The position numbers were made by a program, and so were the translations under genes. Positions 52,207-62,555 of a DNA stretch of 64,000 nucleotides are shown here, piece by piece. Where the stretch lies: positions 1,600,001-1,664,000 of the forward strand of contig CBDETY010000003.1 of assembly GCA_965243025.1 (NCBI GenBank). Direction: 5' to 3'. Below the pieces are notes generated by a model that was not told the origin of the DNA, ran no database searches, and saw only the letters and a program-made list of their open reading frames with translations. The stretch comes from Candidatus Latescibacterota bacterium. GTDB lineage: Bacteria > Latescibacterota > UBA2968 > UBA8231. Numbering within the stretch: position 1 is the stretch's first letter; each line of letters begins with the position of its first letter.

Positions 52207-53033
52207 CCGCTACTGCTCACCTGGCCACGGAAACCTGTTCCGCCTGCGCCGGCGGGGGAGTGTTCTACGACCCGAGGGTGGAAGTCGGACGCTTCGGAAC
52301 CCTTAGGTTGTGTGGGTGCCTGGAGAAGGAATGCCGCTGCCGCGGAGAACGCCCCTATCAGTACTGGGACGAAAACTCGAGGTTGCAGTGGTGCCCATGC
52401 GCCGCAGGCCGGCGGCGGTTGTCGGAGATTCAGCGGCTTTTCAAGCTCGCTGAGATCCCTCCCAAGTTTCGCTGGAAGTTCCAGGACGATTTTTCTCTGA
52501 CGACTCCGGACGGCGAGGCTATCGCAGTGGCAACCGAAGCCCGCGGATATGTTTCGACACTCCTGGACGTCGATGAAGAACCGCGCCGCGGCTTCGTTCT
52601 GATGGGTCCTCCGGGTACGGGCAAGACCCTGCTCGGGTGCATAATGCTCAACGAGCTCATCCTCCACCGCGCCCGGGCCGGCCGCTTCCTCAGCCTGTCC
52701 CGCAACTACTTTCAGCTGCTTCGCGATACCTTTTCCGAAAACAGCCCCCGCTACGGGCGGACTTGGCAAATCCAGCAGGAGTTGACCCGGTTGCCCTACC
52801 TGCTTCTGGACGATTTCGGTACCCAACGCGGTACCGAGTTCGAGATGGAGAAGCTGTATGAACTCGTCGATGCCCGTTACAGCGAGGAGCGCTTCACCAT
52901 TGTCACCACCAACCAGCCACTGGACGAGATCAGGCAGCAGAGTGCCCCGATCTATTCCCGCCTTACCGAAATGTGCCGTTTCGTGAACATGACCGGGGTC
53001 GATTTCCGCCAACAGCTCCACCCGGTTCGGTAA
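52203..53033 (+). CDS. DnaC/DnaI/IstB-like AAA+ ATPase with Cys-rich N-terminus
   Basis: CSACAGGG, CGC..CRC, CPC; IPPKF; GPPGTGKT; LLLDDFG; VDARY; TTN; YSRL. Confidence 0.87.
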   Translation: MTATAHLATETCSACAGGGVFYDPRVEVGRFGTLRLCGCLEKECRCRGERPYQYWDENSRLQWCPCAAGRRRLSEIQRLFKLAEIPPKFRWKFQDDFSLTTPDGEAIAVATEARGYVSTLLDVDEEPRRGFVLMGPPGTGKTLLGCIMLNELILHRARAGRFLSLSRNYFQLLRDTFSENSPRYGRTWQIQQELTRLPYLLLDDFGTQRGTEFEMEKLYELVDARYSEERFTIVTTNQPLDEIRQQSAPIYSRLTEMCRFVNMTGVDFRQQLHPVR

Positions 53034-53804
53034 ATGGCAGGTTTCCGCGTAGACGGTCGCATGCCCGACCAGCTAAGACCGACCATTATCAGGCGGTCGT
53101 ACCTGGAAACTGCGTCCGGCTCGGTGCTTATCGAAAGCGGAGGCACCAAGCTGATATGTACGGTCTCAAGTGAGAACCGCGTTCCTCCGTTTGTGGAGGG
53201 GACGGGAAGGGGTTGGCTCACGTGCGAGTACGGGATGCTGCCCGGATCTTCTCGACAGCGGATTCCACGGGAAACCGCCAGCGGCAGGCCCAACAGCCGC
53301 ACACGAGAGATTCAACGAATGATCGGCCGTTCCCTGCGGGCCATCACTGATCTCGGAGCTCTTGGAGAAAGGACGCTCTATGTAGACTGCGACGTGATTC
53401 AGGCTGACGGGGGAACGCGGACAGCCGCGATCACGGGAGGTTACGTGGCCCTTGTAGAGGCCATCCGTGAAATGCGAGGGGAAGGGCTCCTTGATGTCGA
53501 CCCGATTACCGGGCAACTTGCCGCAGTCAGTTGCGGACTTGTCAACGGCCAGGCCCTGCTCGATCTGTGCTATGCGGAAGACAGTTCCGCTGCTACCGAC
53601 ATGAACGTCGTTATGACCGGGGATGGAAAGTTCGTGGAAATCCAGGCGACTGCAGAAGGGGAGCCCTTTTCGCCCGATCAGTTGGACAGCTTGCTGAATC
53701 TGGCGTCCAACGGGATCGCCGAGTTGTTCGCTCTTCAAATCGACGCCCTCGGGGATCTCATTGCCTCCGAAGAAGTTGTAGCCGATGACCTGGCGGCGGA
53801 CTGA
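53034..53804 (+). CDS. rph: Ribonuclease PH
   Basis: EYGMLP, RTREIQRMIGRSLR, QADGGTRTAAI, DMNVV. Confidence 0.96.
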   Translation: MAGFRVDGRMPDQLRPTIIRRSYLETASGSVLIESGGTKLICTVSSENRVPPFVEGTGRGWLTCEYGMLPGSSRQRIPRETASGRPNSRTREIQRMIGRSLRAITDLGALGERTLYVDCDVIQADGGTRTAAITGGYVALVEAIREMRGEGLLDVDPITGQLAAVSCGLVNGQALLDLCYAEDSSAATDMNVVMTGDGKFVEIQATAEGEPFSPDQLDSLLNLASNGIAELFALQIDALGDLIASEEVVADDLAAD

Positions 53805-53859
53805 ACTGTGATCGGCTTGACAGCTGCAGGTGGCCCCGTCTATGTTTGTAACTCCGTTT

Positions 53860-53888
53860 TTGCCGTGACAAAGTCCTTTTGCTATATC
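53860..53888 (+). promoter_or_regulatory. Promoter of the sigma-factor gene
   Basis: TTGCCG-17 nt-TATATC with an extended -10 TG. Confidence 0.4.
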
Positions 53889-54002
53889 GCGTACGATCCA
53901 CCGGCTGTCGCCGGTGTCCTCTCCTTCGTACACCGGGTCGCATCCTCTGCGGCCCAGATACCCTGCATGCGCGGGAACTCCCCTTAACAGCAAGGACGAC
54001 TC

Positions 54003-54860
54003 ATGGCCGAGGTCGCGAAATCATTCTGGGATATGGAGGACTCCCTGGGTTCCTATCTCGGGGAGATAGCCAACTCGAGCCCGCTTTCCTCATCGGAAGA
54101 AGTAGATCTGGCGCGCAGGATCAAGTGCGGCGATGAGGGGGCACGCAATGCCCTGGTCGAAGCCAATCTGAGGTTCGTGGTCAGTGTCGCCAAGGAGTAT
54201 CAGAACCGAGGCGTTCCCCTGGCTGACCTCATCAGCGCCGGCAACATGGGACTGATTACGGCTGCCGAGAGGTTCGACGAAAACAAGGGGTTCAAGTTCA
54301 TCTCATATGCGGTCTGGTGGATCAGACAAGCCATCCTGCAGACCCTTGCCGAACAATCCCGCACGGTAAGGCTCCCCCTGAACAAAATCGGATTGCTGTA
54401 CAAGATATCCAAAGCTGCCCGCCTCCTGCAGCAGGAACGGACTGACGACCCGAACCCCGAAGACATCGCCAACGAACTCGATGTCCCCGTTGAGGACGTG
54501 CGTGAAACCATGATGTGCGGCCGCTCGGTCCGGTCCCTTGACGCCACGTTCAAGGAGGAGGAAGATCACAGCCTTCTCGATATCCTTCCCGACGAGCGGC
54601 AGGAATCCCCCGAAAACCTCGTTATGCGGGGATGTCTTCGCGGACAAATTGATACTGCCCTCGGGTCGCTGGTGGGCCGCGAAGCCGAAATTCTGCGGCT
54701 GTATTTCGGATTGGACGGCGAGGAACCAATGACGCTCGACCAGATAGGGGTACGCTTCGGACTGACGAGAGAACGCGTCCGCCAGATCAAGGAAAAGGCT
54801 CTGCATCGACTGCGGCACCCCAGCCGCTGCGACCAGCTGAGGACCTACAGCCGCACGTAA
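54003..54860 (+). CDS. RNA polymerase sigma-70 factor, RpoD/SigA family lacking region 1.1
   Basis: ANLRFVVSVAK, FKFISYAVWWIRQAI, SRTVRLP, LTRERVRQI. Confidence 0.93.
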   Translation: MAEVAKSFWDMEDSLGSYLGEIANSSPLSSSEEVDLARRIKCGDEGARNALVEANLRFVVSVAKEYQNRGVPLADLISAGNMGLITAAERFDENKGFKFISYAVWWIRQAILQTLAEQSRTVRLPLNKIGLLYKISKAARLLQQERTDDPNPEDIANELDVPVEDVRETMMCGRSVRSLDATFKEEEDHSLLDILPDERQESPENLVMRGCLRGQIDTALGSLVGREAEILRLYFGLDGEEPMTLDQIGVRFGLTRERVRQIKEKALHRLRHPSRCDQLRTYSRT

Positions 54861-54987
54861 TCGCAGTTGCTCCTGCGCGATTGAAATTTCCATACTGCCG
54901 GTTTCTCCTCCGGCCCATCGGTCGCGCCGCAGTACCACTCCCCACTTCCTGCTTTTTCTCCCCGCGCAAATTCTTGGGGAAGGGACC

Positions 54988-55137
54988 ATGCCCACTGAAG
55001 TCAGGGAAGAAGAACTCCTGCGCTCGATCGAGGAGGTCGAAGACCGAATCAGGAGTTTCCAAATGCAGGTTCGGAACGTCCTTGCATCTGCCCAATCCGA
55101 AACCACCCCAGAGGGGGGCTCAAAGAACTCCGGCTGA
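54988..55137 (+). CDS. Putative small acidic helical protein (49 aa)
   Basis: GGGAAGGGA RBS; MPTEVREEELLRSIEEVEDRIRSFQMQVRNVLASAQSETTPEGGSKNSG; shorter than the ORFs in the track. Confidence 0.5.
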   Translation: MPTEVREEELLRSIEEVEDRIRSFQMQVRNVLASAQSETTPEGGSKNSG

Positions 55138-55466
55138 CACCGGAACGTCCAGGCAAACCTGAAGGAAAATGGATTTGTGGGAGGTTTTTCTGTTCGTGCA
55201 GCATGCGGTACTACTGTTACTTTAATGAAATCATATGGTTATGAATGGCCGATACTCATGGGGACCTCGCAGAGATCCGGTCCGGCCTCCGGCCTGCAGC
55301 AGCACAGCCGCAACTGCCTTCGCCCTCCCGGATTCCAGGCCGTGATACCGGGGGACTGTTCGCGGCAGAAGACCGGCTCGATACCCGACGTCGAGGAGAA
55401 GCGCAAGAAACCATTTCCTCTCCGCGGCCTCCAACGGTTCCTCCTGCATCGAACCCACAACTCCTC

Positions 55467-56258
55467 GTGACAGGTCAATACCGAAAGGAGATGGAAACGG
55501 CCGCACGGTTGGCCTGGGCGGCGGGCAGGGCGACCCTGCGCCATTTTCAGACCGGGGTAGCGGTGGAGACAAAGCCTGACGCGACGCCGGTTACGGTCGC
55601 GGATCGGGAGGCGGAGGAGATCATCCGCTCCGGTCTCCGGGAGGCCTTTCCGGAAGACGGAGTGCTGGGCGAGGAGTTCGGGGAAATGACCGGGTCCTCC
55701 GGGCGCTGCTGGATCATTGACCCGATTGACGGGACCAAATCGTTCGTAAGGGGCGTTCCACTTTACGGAGTGCTGGTCGGGTTGGAGGATGAGAACGGGG
55801 AAGGGGTGGTCGGTGCAGTATACCTTCCGGGTCTCGACGAAATGGTCCACGCTGCCAAGGGTCTCGGCTGCTGGTGGAACGGAAGGACTTGCCGCGTATC
55901 GGGGGTTGAAAAACTCAGCGAGGCATGCGTGTGCTACACAAGCAGCCGCAGTTTTGCCCAACGCCACCGGGACCATGTCTTCGATGATCTCGCCCGGAAG
56001 GCGGGCTTGCTCAGAGGCTGGGGAGATTGTTACGGGCATCTGCTGGTCGCCACTGGTCGAGCGGAAGTAATGCTCGATCCCGTCCTCAATCCCTGGGACT
56101 GCGCTCCTTTGATGCCCATTCTGCAGGAGGCTGGCGGAACCTTTACCGACTGGAAAGGCGTGGCCACGATTCGCGGGGAGGATGGAGTATCCACCAACGG
56201 ATACCTCTTCGATGAAGTAATGGATCATCTCTCACGGGAGGATTTCGGGCCCTCGTGA
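55467..56258 (+). CDS. hisN: Histidinol-phosphatase, inositol monophosphatase family
   Basis: PVTVADREAE, GEE, WIIDPIDGTKSF, RGWGDCYG, WDCA. Start uncertain. Confidence 0.87.
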   Translation: MTGQYRKEMETAARLAWAAGRATLRHFQTGVAVETKPDATPVTVADREAEEIIRSGLREAFPEDGVLGEEFGEMTGSSGRCWIIDPIDGTKSFVRGVPLYGVLVGLEDENGEGVVGAVYLPGLDEMVHAAKGLGCWWNGRTCRVSGVEKLSEACVCYTSSRSFAQRHRDHVFDDLARKAGLLRGWGDCYGHLLVATGRAEVMLDPVLNPWDCAPLMPILQEAGGTFTDWKGVATIRGEDGVSTNGYLFDEVMDHLSREDFGPS

Positions 56259-56482
56259 ACCCGGAGGCTCGGGTTCCTTCGTGAGCGGTGTGATTCGGTT
56301 GATTCCACGGTCAACTGGACATTCCCCGACGAAATGCCATCTTTACGTCGGACGGCCCGGGCGAAAAGGCGAACCGCCCGCGGTCGGAACGTTTCTATCT
56401 GTTTGGCCGCATCCGACATGAACGACAAATTGGTACTGGCTGGCTGTACAGTCCGTCACCAAAAAACAGGGGAGGGAAGACT

Positions 56483-56941
56483 ATGACAATCACCAAAGCG
56501 ATTTCGCTGGCGGTGGCGTCCACGCTGCTTTGGAGCTGTAGTGGACCGCCGGACGAGCTGACCCCGTACGTGGCCCGGTACGAGAACATGCAGCCCTTCA
56601 ACAGCAAGCTTGAGCGGTACCAGGGGTACCTGAAGAGCCCGGCACTCGAGCGCCAGGCCCGCGACATCCGCGATGTCATTCAGGCCTACCACGACAGCCT
56701 TGAGGGCTTCGGGAAAACCAAGAGCAAGTTCATCAAGGCGAGCCACAACAACGTAAAGAGAGCCGTGGCCCGTGCCCTGACACAGCTGGTTCAACCCGAT
56801 TTCCCCACCTTTACGATCAGCGCCCAGAAACAGATCGCCTTGATCAAGGAGAGAGTCATCGACCATTACGACAACCTCGACAAGATGTGGCGCGAAGCCG
56901 GGAATACCGAGCCATTCCCCTTGAAGTGGCCAGAACAATAG
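56483..56941 (+). CDS. Hypothetical helical lipoprotein
   Basis: GGAGG RBS, lipobox LLWSC. Confidence 0.75.
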   Translation: MTITKAISLAVASTLLWSCSGPPDELTPYVARYENMQPFNSKLERYQGYLKSPALERQARDIRDVIQAYHDSLEGFGKTKSKFIKASHNNVKRAVARALTQLVQPDFPTFTISAQKQIALIKERVIDHYDNLDKMWREAGNTEPFPLKWPEQ

Positions 56942-57096
56942 GCGGGCCGTGAGTACTGAGTAATGGGCCCGGATCTCCGGAAAGGCCCTGGAAATGGCCC
57001 CCTGCTGAACCCTCGCAGGGACAACTTCACCGTGCCGGCGAAGAATCGTCATCCCGCTCCCGATTCTTCATCGCGCCACCACAGCGTTTCACCGGC

Positions 57097-57291
57097 ATGA
57101 TCAAACTCCTGCTGATCATCCTTCTGGTGGTAATTGCGGCCCATGTCGTTACCACCCTTTTGCGTTCGGGAAAACGGACACGGACGTCGGGCAACGAGAG
57201 AGTTGACCGCGACAGGGTCAACCGCGGCAAGGCGATCGACGTGGAATACACCGAAATTGTGGAAGAGAACGGCCCCGGGAGAGGCCCCTAG
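57097..57291 (+). CDS. Small single-pass membrane protein
   Basis: Hydrophobic N-terminus, basic linker, IDVEYTEI tail. Confidence 0.6.
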   Translation: MIKLLLIILLVVIAAHVVTTLLRSGKRTRTSGNERVDRDRVNRGKAIDVEYTEIVEENGPGRGP

Positions 57292-57463
57292 TGTCTCGTC
57301 GCAGAGATAGATTGACAAAATCGGGATGCCGAGGCGCCCGGCTCACAAGGCGCCTGAGCGAGTCGTACCGAGGGTGTACGGCGAGCGCAGGCAACGCCGT
57401 GAGCCGGGATGGATCGGCGTCCCGATGTCGAGATATTTCTGCGACGAGGCACTAACTGCCTGC

Positions 57464-58507
57464 ATGGCCACACCGTCCCGGACGAACAGAGGCCAGACCC
57501 GGGCGGTCTCACCTGAAACATTGCGATCGGAAGTCGAGAATGGTCCGCGACTTCCATTTTTTCTGCTCACCGGTGAAGAGGAGTTCGAGCGGGACGAGAC
57601 CGTCGATTGGCTCGTGTCCGAGCTGCAACCGGATGCTGCTCCGGAGTTCAACACCGATCTGATTTACGGGGACACACTCGATCCCCAGAGACTGCTCGAG
57701 GGATATTTCGCCTACCCGGTACTGGCCAGCCACCGGCTGATCGTACTCAGGAAATGCGAGAAGATCACCGCGGATCAATGCAGACAGCTCGAGGTGATCG
57801 TATCCGACCCGCAAAAAACATCCACCCTCATCGCGGCAGGGGGGAAGGTGGACATGAGGCGCCGGCTCTACCAGCAGATGGGAAAACTGGGATTGCGGGT
57901 CGAGTTCAAAACACCTTTCCAGAATCAGGTTCCACAGTGGCTATCGCGCCACGCGCGAAGCCGCAGCCTGGAACTCGAACCGGAGGCGGCGGGTCTGTTG
58001 GCGCTGTATCAGGGAAACAACACCCGCCAGTTGGCAAACGAAATCGACAAGCTGTCGGTCTATGTCGGGCAGGGCAATCCGATTTCGGCCCAGGCGGTCG
58101 TCGAGCTGGCGGGAGTCTCCAGTGCGGCAAGCGTCTTCGAGCTGGCGGATTCCGTTGGCAGGCAGGACTATTCGACGGCCCAGGAGATGCTTCATGGAAT
58201 GTTGAGCCAGGGTGAGGAGCCGGCCAGGATTCTGCCCATGCTCACCCGTCACCTGCAGCTCCTTCTAAAAACCAGGGACCTTCAGGACAAGCGACTCCCG
58301 GGCCCCGAACTGGCGAGGCGAATCGGGGTTTCCCCTTACTTTCTGAAATCCTACCGCCAGCAGGCTCGCCAATTTTCGAGCGACCAGCTTTGGACCGGCA
58401 TGGTGGCTCTGCTCGAAGCGGACCGACTTTTCAAGTCGAGGCGACGCAGTCAACACCCGAAAGTACTTCAGTTGTGCCTCTACCGGCTTTGCCGGCTTCG
58501 GCTGTAG
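57464..58507 (+). CDS. holA: DNA polymerase III delta subunit
   Basis: LLTGEEEF, FN...G, ANEIDKL, SVFELAD, D...KS. Start uncertain. Confidence 0.88.
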   Translation: MATPSRTNRGQTRAVSPETLRSEVENGPRLPFFLLTGEEEFERDETVDWLVSELQPDAAPEFNTDLIYGDTLDPQRLLEGYFAYPVLASHRLIVLRKCEKITADQCRQLEVIVSDPQKTSTLIAAGGKVDMRRRLYQQMGKLGLRVEFKTPFQNQVPQWLSRHARSRSLELEPEAAGLLALYQGNNTRQLANEIDKLSVYVGQGNPISAQAVVELAGVSSAASVFELADSVGRQDYSTAQEMLHGMLSQGEEPARILPMLTRHLQLLLKTRDLQDKRLPGPELARRIGVSPYFLKSYRQQARQFSSDQLWTGMVALLEADRLFKSRRRSQHPKVLQLCLYRLCRLRL

Positions 58508-58533
58508 AACCAGTGGCAGGTGAGGTGCCGGGT

Positions 58534-58840
58534 TGGAGTTGACCCGGTTTCGCGGACACCTCATTCCTGGGAAAGGAGGATGTCCAACCATGCCGAAATC
58601 AAAGGGCCGGAATCCTCCGGAATTCCGAAACCAGACGGTACTTGGGTCGCAGGAAGCGCCGGCCAGGGAATTCGAGCCGTCAGACAGACCATCCCCGGCG
58701 GGGTGATCCAGGCCGAACGCGATGAGGGGGTGCGCCGCGACGGGCCGGGTCGACCGGAGCAGAAGGGGGGACTGCAATCCCTTCGCCATCCGACCTTTCG
58801 GCAAACTGGGCCTCCGTCAAACAGGTTCTCCGGACACACC
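58534..58840 (+). mobile_element. Decayed IS3-family element (left end and frameshifted orfA)
   Basis: IRL-like TGGAGTTGACCCGGTTTCGCGGACAC, AAGGAGG RBS, ATG at 58590: MPKSKGRNPPEFR...AREFEPS, then in a shifted frame QTI...VIQAERDEG. Confidence 0.75.
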
Positions 58841-58929
58841 TGCTCAAACAAGCACGCAATCGGTCAGCTTTTGACCTGAGATTGCCTTGGCAGGTTACTT
58901 CGTCCTCAGCTTCTGCATTTCAGGTCCGG

Positions 58930-58958
58930 TTGACATGGTCAAGCCCCCTCGTTATATT
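58930..58958 (+). promoter_or_regulatory. Sigma-70 promoter of the trxA unit
   Basis: TTGACA-17 nt-TATATT. Confidence 0.65.
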
Positions 58959-59048
58959 GAAACAATAGCATAACATGCTGATAATTTGTTAGTTACAGCA
59001 AAATGAAGTTGGCGCGCAGGTGCGCGCCCTTACCTTTTTGAATGGAAA

Positions 59049-59378
59049 ATGAGCACCCCGATTTCCCTGACTGATGACAACTTCAGCGTCGAAGTATTGA
59101 GCGCCGAGAAACCCGTCCTCGTTGACTTCTGGGCAGCTTGGTGTGGCCCCTGCAGGATGGTCGCCCCTATCGTTGAGGAGTTGGCCGAGGAGTACCAAGA
59201 CCGGGCAAAAATCTGCAAGCTCGATGTGGACGATGCGCAAAAAACCGCTGGGGAGTATGGAATCCGCAGCATTCCCACATTGCTGATCTTCAAGGATGGC
59301 AAGGTGGCGGACCAGGTGATCGGAGCGGTCCCCAAATCTCAAATCACAGAAAAACTTGACGCGGTCATTTCGGATTGA
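59049..59378 (+). CDS. trxA: Thioredoxin
   Basis: WCGPC active site, IRSIPT. Confidence 0.97.
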   Translation: MSTPISLTDDNFSVEVLSAEKPVLVDFWAAWCGPCRMVAPIVEELAEEYQDRAKICKLDVDDAQKTAGEYGIRSIPTLLIFKDGKVADQVIGAVPKSQITEKLDAVISD

Positions 59379-59469
59379 GTAGGATCCACCATCCAGCACA
59401 GGTACGGGTACGGAGTTTTTCAGAACAGCGATGGCGGTGAAAAGCGGTCGCAAAAAGGAGGTTTGATTC

Positions 59470-60261
59470 TTGAGTCCACTCAGCCTGAATAACGCAGCCA
59501 TTGGCACGCTTGCGGAAAAGCTTGTCATTGCGCGCAAATTGTACGGGAATGACAGCAGCTATGTCATTGGTTTGATGGCAGGTGTGGAAATGGCGCTAGA
59601 CAACGAGGGCAATCTCCGAGAAATCCAGGACCGGGTTGTCGAAGTCGAAACAGGCAAATCACCTTCCCAAAAACCTTCCCAGGAATCGTCTTCGCGCGCG
59701 GGCAGGAGTGACTCCGGACTGGTCGAAAACAGTTGGACCAAAGGCTCCGTCAAGTGGTTCAACAACGACAAGGGTTACGGTTTCATATCAACCGGGGCCG
59801 AGACTGATGTGTTCGTGCATTGGCGCGATATCTCATCCTGGGATCGCAGCCTTTCCCAGGGAGATGAGGTTGAATTCATGGTGACCAAGACTGCCAAGGG
59901 TTTTCAAGCGATTAACGTGATGAAGAGCAGCGAGGGCCAGGAAGGAGAGTCCGACAGTGACTCACCTTCCGCTGTCTCTCGACCGATGGCATCGAATGAC
60001 CAGGAAGGTTCCCATGCTGCAACTCCCAACTCCGTCGAGGAGGCAGCCCCGGATGAAGGCAGTGCGACCTCCGTTAAACCTGCGGTAGAGGATGAACACA
60101 CATCCCGGGAAGGCGAGGGCGAAGCCGGATCGGCTGGAGAGGAGGAACCTCGGGAATCTCTGTCCGAAGGTGAGCACCAGGGATCCGGAAGTGCCGGAAA
60201 TGCCGATGATTCATCGGCCGGCATCGAATCCAGGACTGGAAGCGTGGAGGAGCCCTCATAG
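59470..60261 (+). CDS. Cold-shock-domain protein with N-terminal helical domain and acidic disordered tail
   Basis: [15 protein letters not shown] and DVFVHW (RNP1/RNP2) in the middle of a 263-aa ORF. Confidence 0.85.
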   Translation: MSPLSLNNAAIGTLAEKLVIARKLYGNDSSYVIGLMAGVEMALDNEGNLREIQDRVVEVETGKSPSQKPSQESSSRAGRSDSGLVENSWTKGSVKWFNNDKGYGFISTGAETDVFVHWRDISSWDRSLSQGDEVEFMVTKTAKGFQAINVMKSSEGQEGESDSDSPSAVSRPMASNDQEGSHAATPNSVEEAAPDEGSATSVKPAVEDEHTSREGEGEAGSAGEEEPRESLSEGEHQGSGSAGNADDSSAGIESRTGSVEEPS

Positions 60262-60283
60262 TCCGGATCCGAACGAGGCATCG

Positions 60284-61513
60284 ATGTTGAAAAAAACGAG
60301 AAATACAGTCAGTTGCTCGTTCTGCGGTAAAGGAGTCACCCAGGTCGAAAAAATCATCACCGGGCCATCCGTACATATCTGCAACGAGTGCGTGAGCCTG
60401 TGTAACGAGGTCCTCGAAGAAGAAGAGGCGGAGGAGCCTGACCTACACCGCCATCCCCTTCCCAAGCCTGCGGAGATCAAGGCCCAACTCGACAAGCATA
60501 TCATTGGGCAGGAGCGCGCAAAGAAAGCACTCTCGGTAGCGGTATACAACCACTACAAGCGGATCTATTCCGGCTCGCATGAAGTCGAGCTGACAAAAAG
60601 CAACATTCTCCTCCTCGGTCCCACCGGTACGGGCAAGACATTGCTCGCCGAGACCCTGGCCCGAATTCTTCAAATTCCGTTTGCCATCGTCGACGCGACC
60701 GTCTTGACCGAAGCGGGCTATGTCGGTGAAGATGTCGAGAATATCCTGGTGCGTATCCTGCAGGCCGCGGATTACGATGTCGGCAAGGCAGAACGCGGGA
60801 TTCTTTTTGTCGATGAAATAGATAAAATCGCGAGGAAATCAGGCAACCCTTCGATTACACGCGACGTGTCCGGAGAGGGCGTTCAGCAGGAACTGCTGAA
60901 AATCCTTGAAGGCACGGTTTCAGGAGTGCCTCCAAAAGGCGGCAGGAAGCATCCTGAACAGCCGCTGGTCCAGATCAACACGCGAAACATCCTGTTCATT
61001 TGCGGCGGCGCCTTCGATGGACTCGACAAGATCATCAGCGCTCGGACGGGCAGGCGCGCGATGGGATTCGGAGCTGACATCGAGGCTCCTGGCGACCAGG
61101 ACGTCGGCCATCTGTTGTCGCGAGTCGAGCCTGAAGATCTCATCCAGTATGGAATGATTCCCGAATTGATCGGACGCCTGCCTGTCGTAAGCTCCCTGCA
61201 CCCCCTGAGTTCCCATGCACTGCTCGACATCCTGGTAAAGCCGAAGAATGCCCTCGTCAGGCAGTACCAAAAACTGTTTGAGATGGACGGCCTGACATTG
61301 AGGTTCGAGCCGGAGGCCCTGGATAAGGTCGTAAAGCTGTGTCAGGAGAAGGAGATGGGCGCTCGAGGGCTGCGTGCTGTGTTGGAAACAGCGATGTTCG
61401 AGGTGATGTACGAACTTCCTTCGCGAAGCGACATCAAGGAGTGCATGATTACCGGGGATTTCATCGACGCCAAAGGCCCCCCGACATTTGCACACAAACG
61501 CAAGCGGGCATGA
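60284..61513 (+). CDS. clpX: ATP-dependent Clp protease ATP-binding subunit
   Basis: CSFCGK...CNEC Zn finger, [29 protein letters not shown]. Confidence 0.97.
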   Translation: MLKKTRNTVSCSFCGKGVTQVEKIITGPSVHICNECVSLCNEVLEEEEAEEPDLHRHPLPKPAEIKAQLDKHIIGQERAKKALSVAVYNHYKRIYSGSHEVELTKSNILLLGPTGTGKTLLAETLARILQIPFAIVDATVLTEAGYVGEDVENILVRILQAADYDVGKAERGILFVDEIDKIARKSGNPSITRDVSGEGVQQELLKILEGTVSGVPPKGGRKHPEQPLVQINTRNILFICGGAFDGLDKIISARTGRRAMGFGADIEAPGDQDVGHLLSRVEPEDLIQYGMIPELIGRLPVVSSLHPLSSHALLDILVKPKNALVRQYQKLFEMDGLTLRFEPEALDKVVKLCQEKEMGARGLRAVLETAMFEVMYELPSRSDIKECMITGDFIDAKGPPTFAHKRKRA

Positions 61514-61566
61514 CAAACCGCGTTTAGCATTTCACCGATTCTCACCCGGATTCAATATCCCACGGG

Positions 61567-62541
61567 ATGCACCGTCACCGCATCCTGAAGCAGCGGGCTG
61601 AAATCATCGCTTCTACCCGGCGCTTCTTCGCCGAAGCCCGGTTCCTGGAAGTAGAAACGCCAACCCTGGTAGCGGCCCCGAATCCCGAGCGCCACATAGG
61701 GCCGATGCGAATTCGGACCGACGGAGATTCGGCGTCGGGCAGCTTCCTGATTACCTCGCCAGAACCTCACATGAAGAGGCTTCTGTCTGAGGGATTCGAG
61801 CGCATCTTTCAAATCTGCCGGTGCTTCAGGCAAGGGGAATGTACCCCGAGCCACAACCCCGAATTCACCATGCTCGAATGGTACCGCGCCGGAGGAACGT
61901 ATGAAGAGATGACGTCAGATGCGGAAAACCTCGTACGGTACGTTACCCGGGAAGTCCTCCATTCCAATTCCCTGTCTTTCAACGGAACTGACGTCGAGAT
62001 CGACCCGCCGTGGCCGCGCCTGTCCATGGTCGAAGCCTTCGACCGCCACGCGGATCTCAAGATCGATTTCTCCTGGTCGGAAGAGGAATTCGCCCGAGCC
62101 GCCGCGGCTTCCGGCTGCCTGAGCACGCGTCCCGGCGACTCGTGGGACGAACTCTTCGCAAAGCTGTTGGTCGAGAGGGTAGAACCGGCCCTGGCAGGCG
62201 AGCCCAAACCAGTATTCCTGATGGATTTTCCAGCACGTCTGTCCCCGATGGCCAAGCAGAGGGAAGACGATCCCCATACCGCCGCACGGGTCGAGCTTTA
62301 TATCGCAGGCCTGGAATTGGCGAATGGCTTCAGCGAGCAGAACGACTCCAGGCGCCAGAGGAGAACTCTCATGGCTGAACGGCGACATCGGCCAAGCGGC
62401 CAGCGGTACCCGCTCGACGAGGGGTTTCTCGACTCGTTGCACCGCATGCCGGATGCCGCAGGTATGGCCCTCGGTATCGATCGCCTCGCCATGCTGATAA
62501 CCTCTTCCAGTTCCATTGGCAGAGTCTTGGCGTTCCCATAG
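61567..62541 (+). CDS. epmA: EF-P lysine aminoacylase
   Basis: TSPEPHMKRLL, HNPEFTMLEWY, ELANGF, GMALGIDRL; no anticodon-binding domain. Confidence 0.92.
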   Translation: MHRHRILKQRAEIIASTRRFFAEARFLEVETPTLVAAPNPERHIGPMRIRTDGDSASGSFLITSPEPHMKRLLSEGFERIFQICRCFRQGECTPSHNPEFTMLEWYRAGGTYEEMTSDAENLVRYVTREVLHSNSLSFNGTDVEIDPPWPRLSMVEAFDRHADLKIDFSWSEEEFARAAAASGCLSTRPGDSWDELFAKLLVERVEPALAGEPKPVFLMDFPARLSPMAKQREDDPHTAARVELYIAGLELANGFSEQNDSRRQRRTLMAERRHRPSGQRYPLDEGFLDSLHRMPDAAGMALGIDRLAMLITSSSSIGRVLAFP

Positions 62542-62555
62542 GGAGGTGCTCCTTT

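Noticed and set aside
51624-52210. tmRNA next to smpB
   Set aside because: No room and no tmRNA-like ends seen.
52203-53033. IS21 istB or prophage replication module
   Set aside because: No istA, terminal repeats, integrase or phage genes; the gene is coupled to core genes on both sides.
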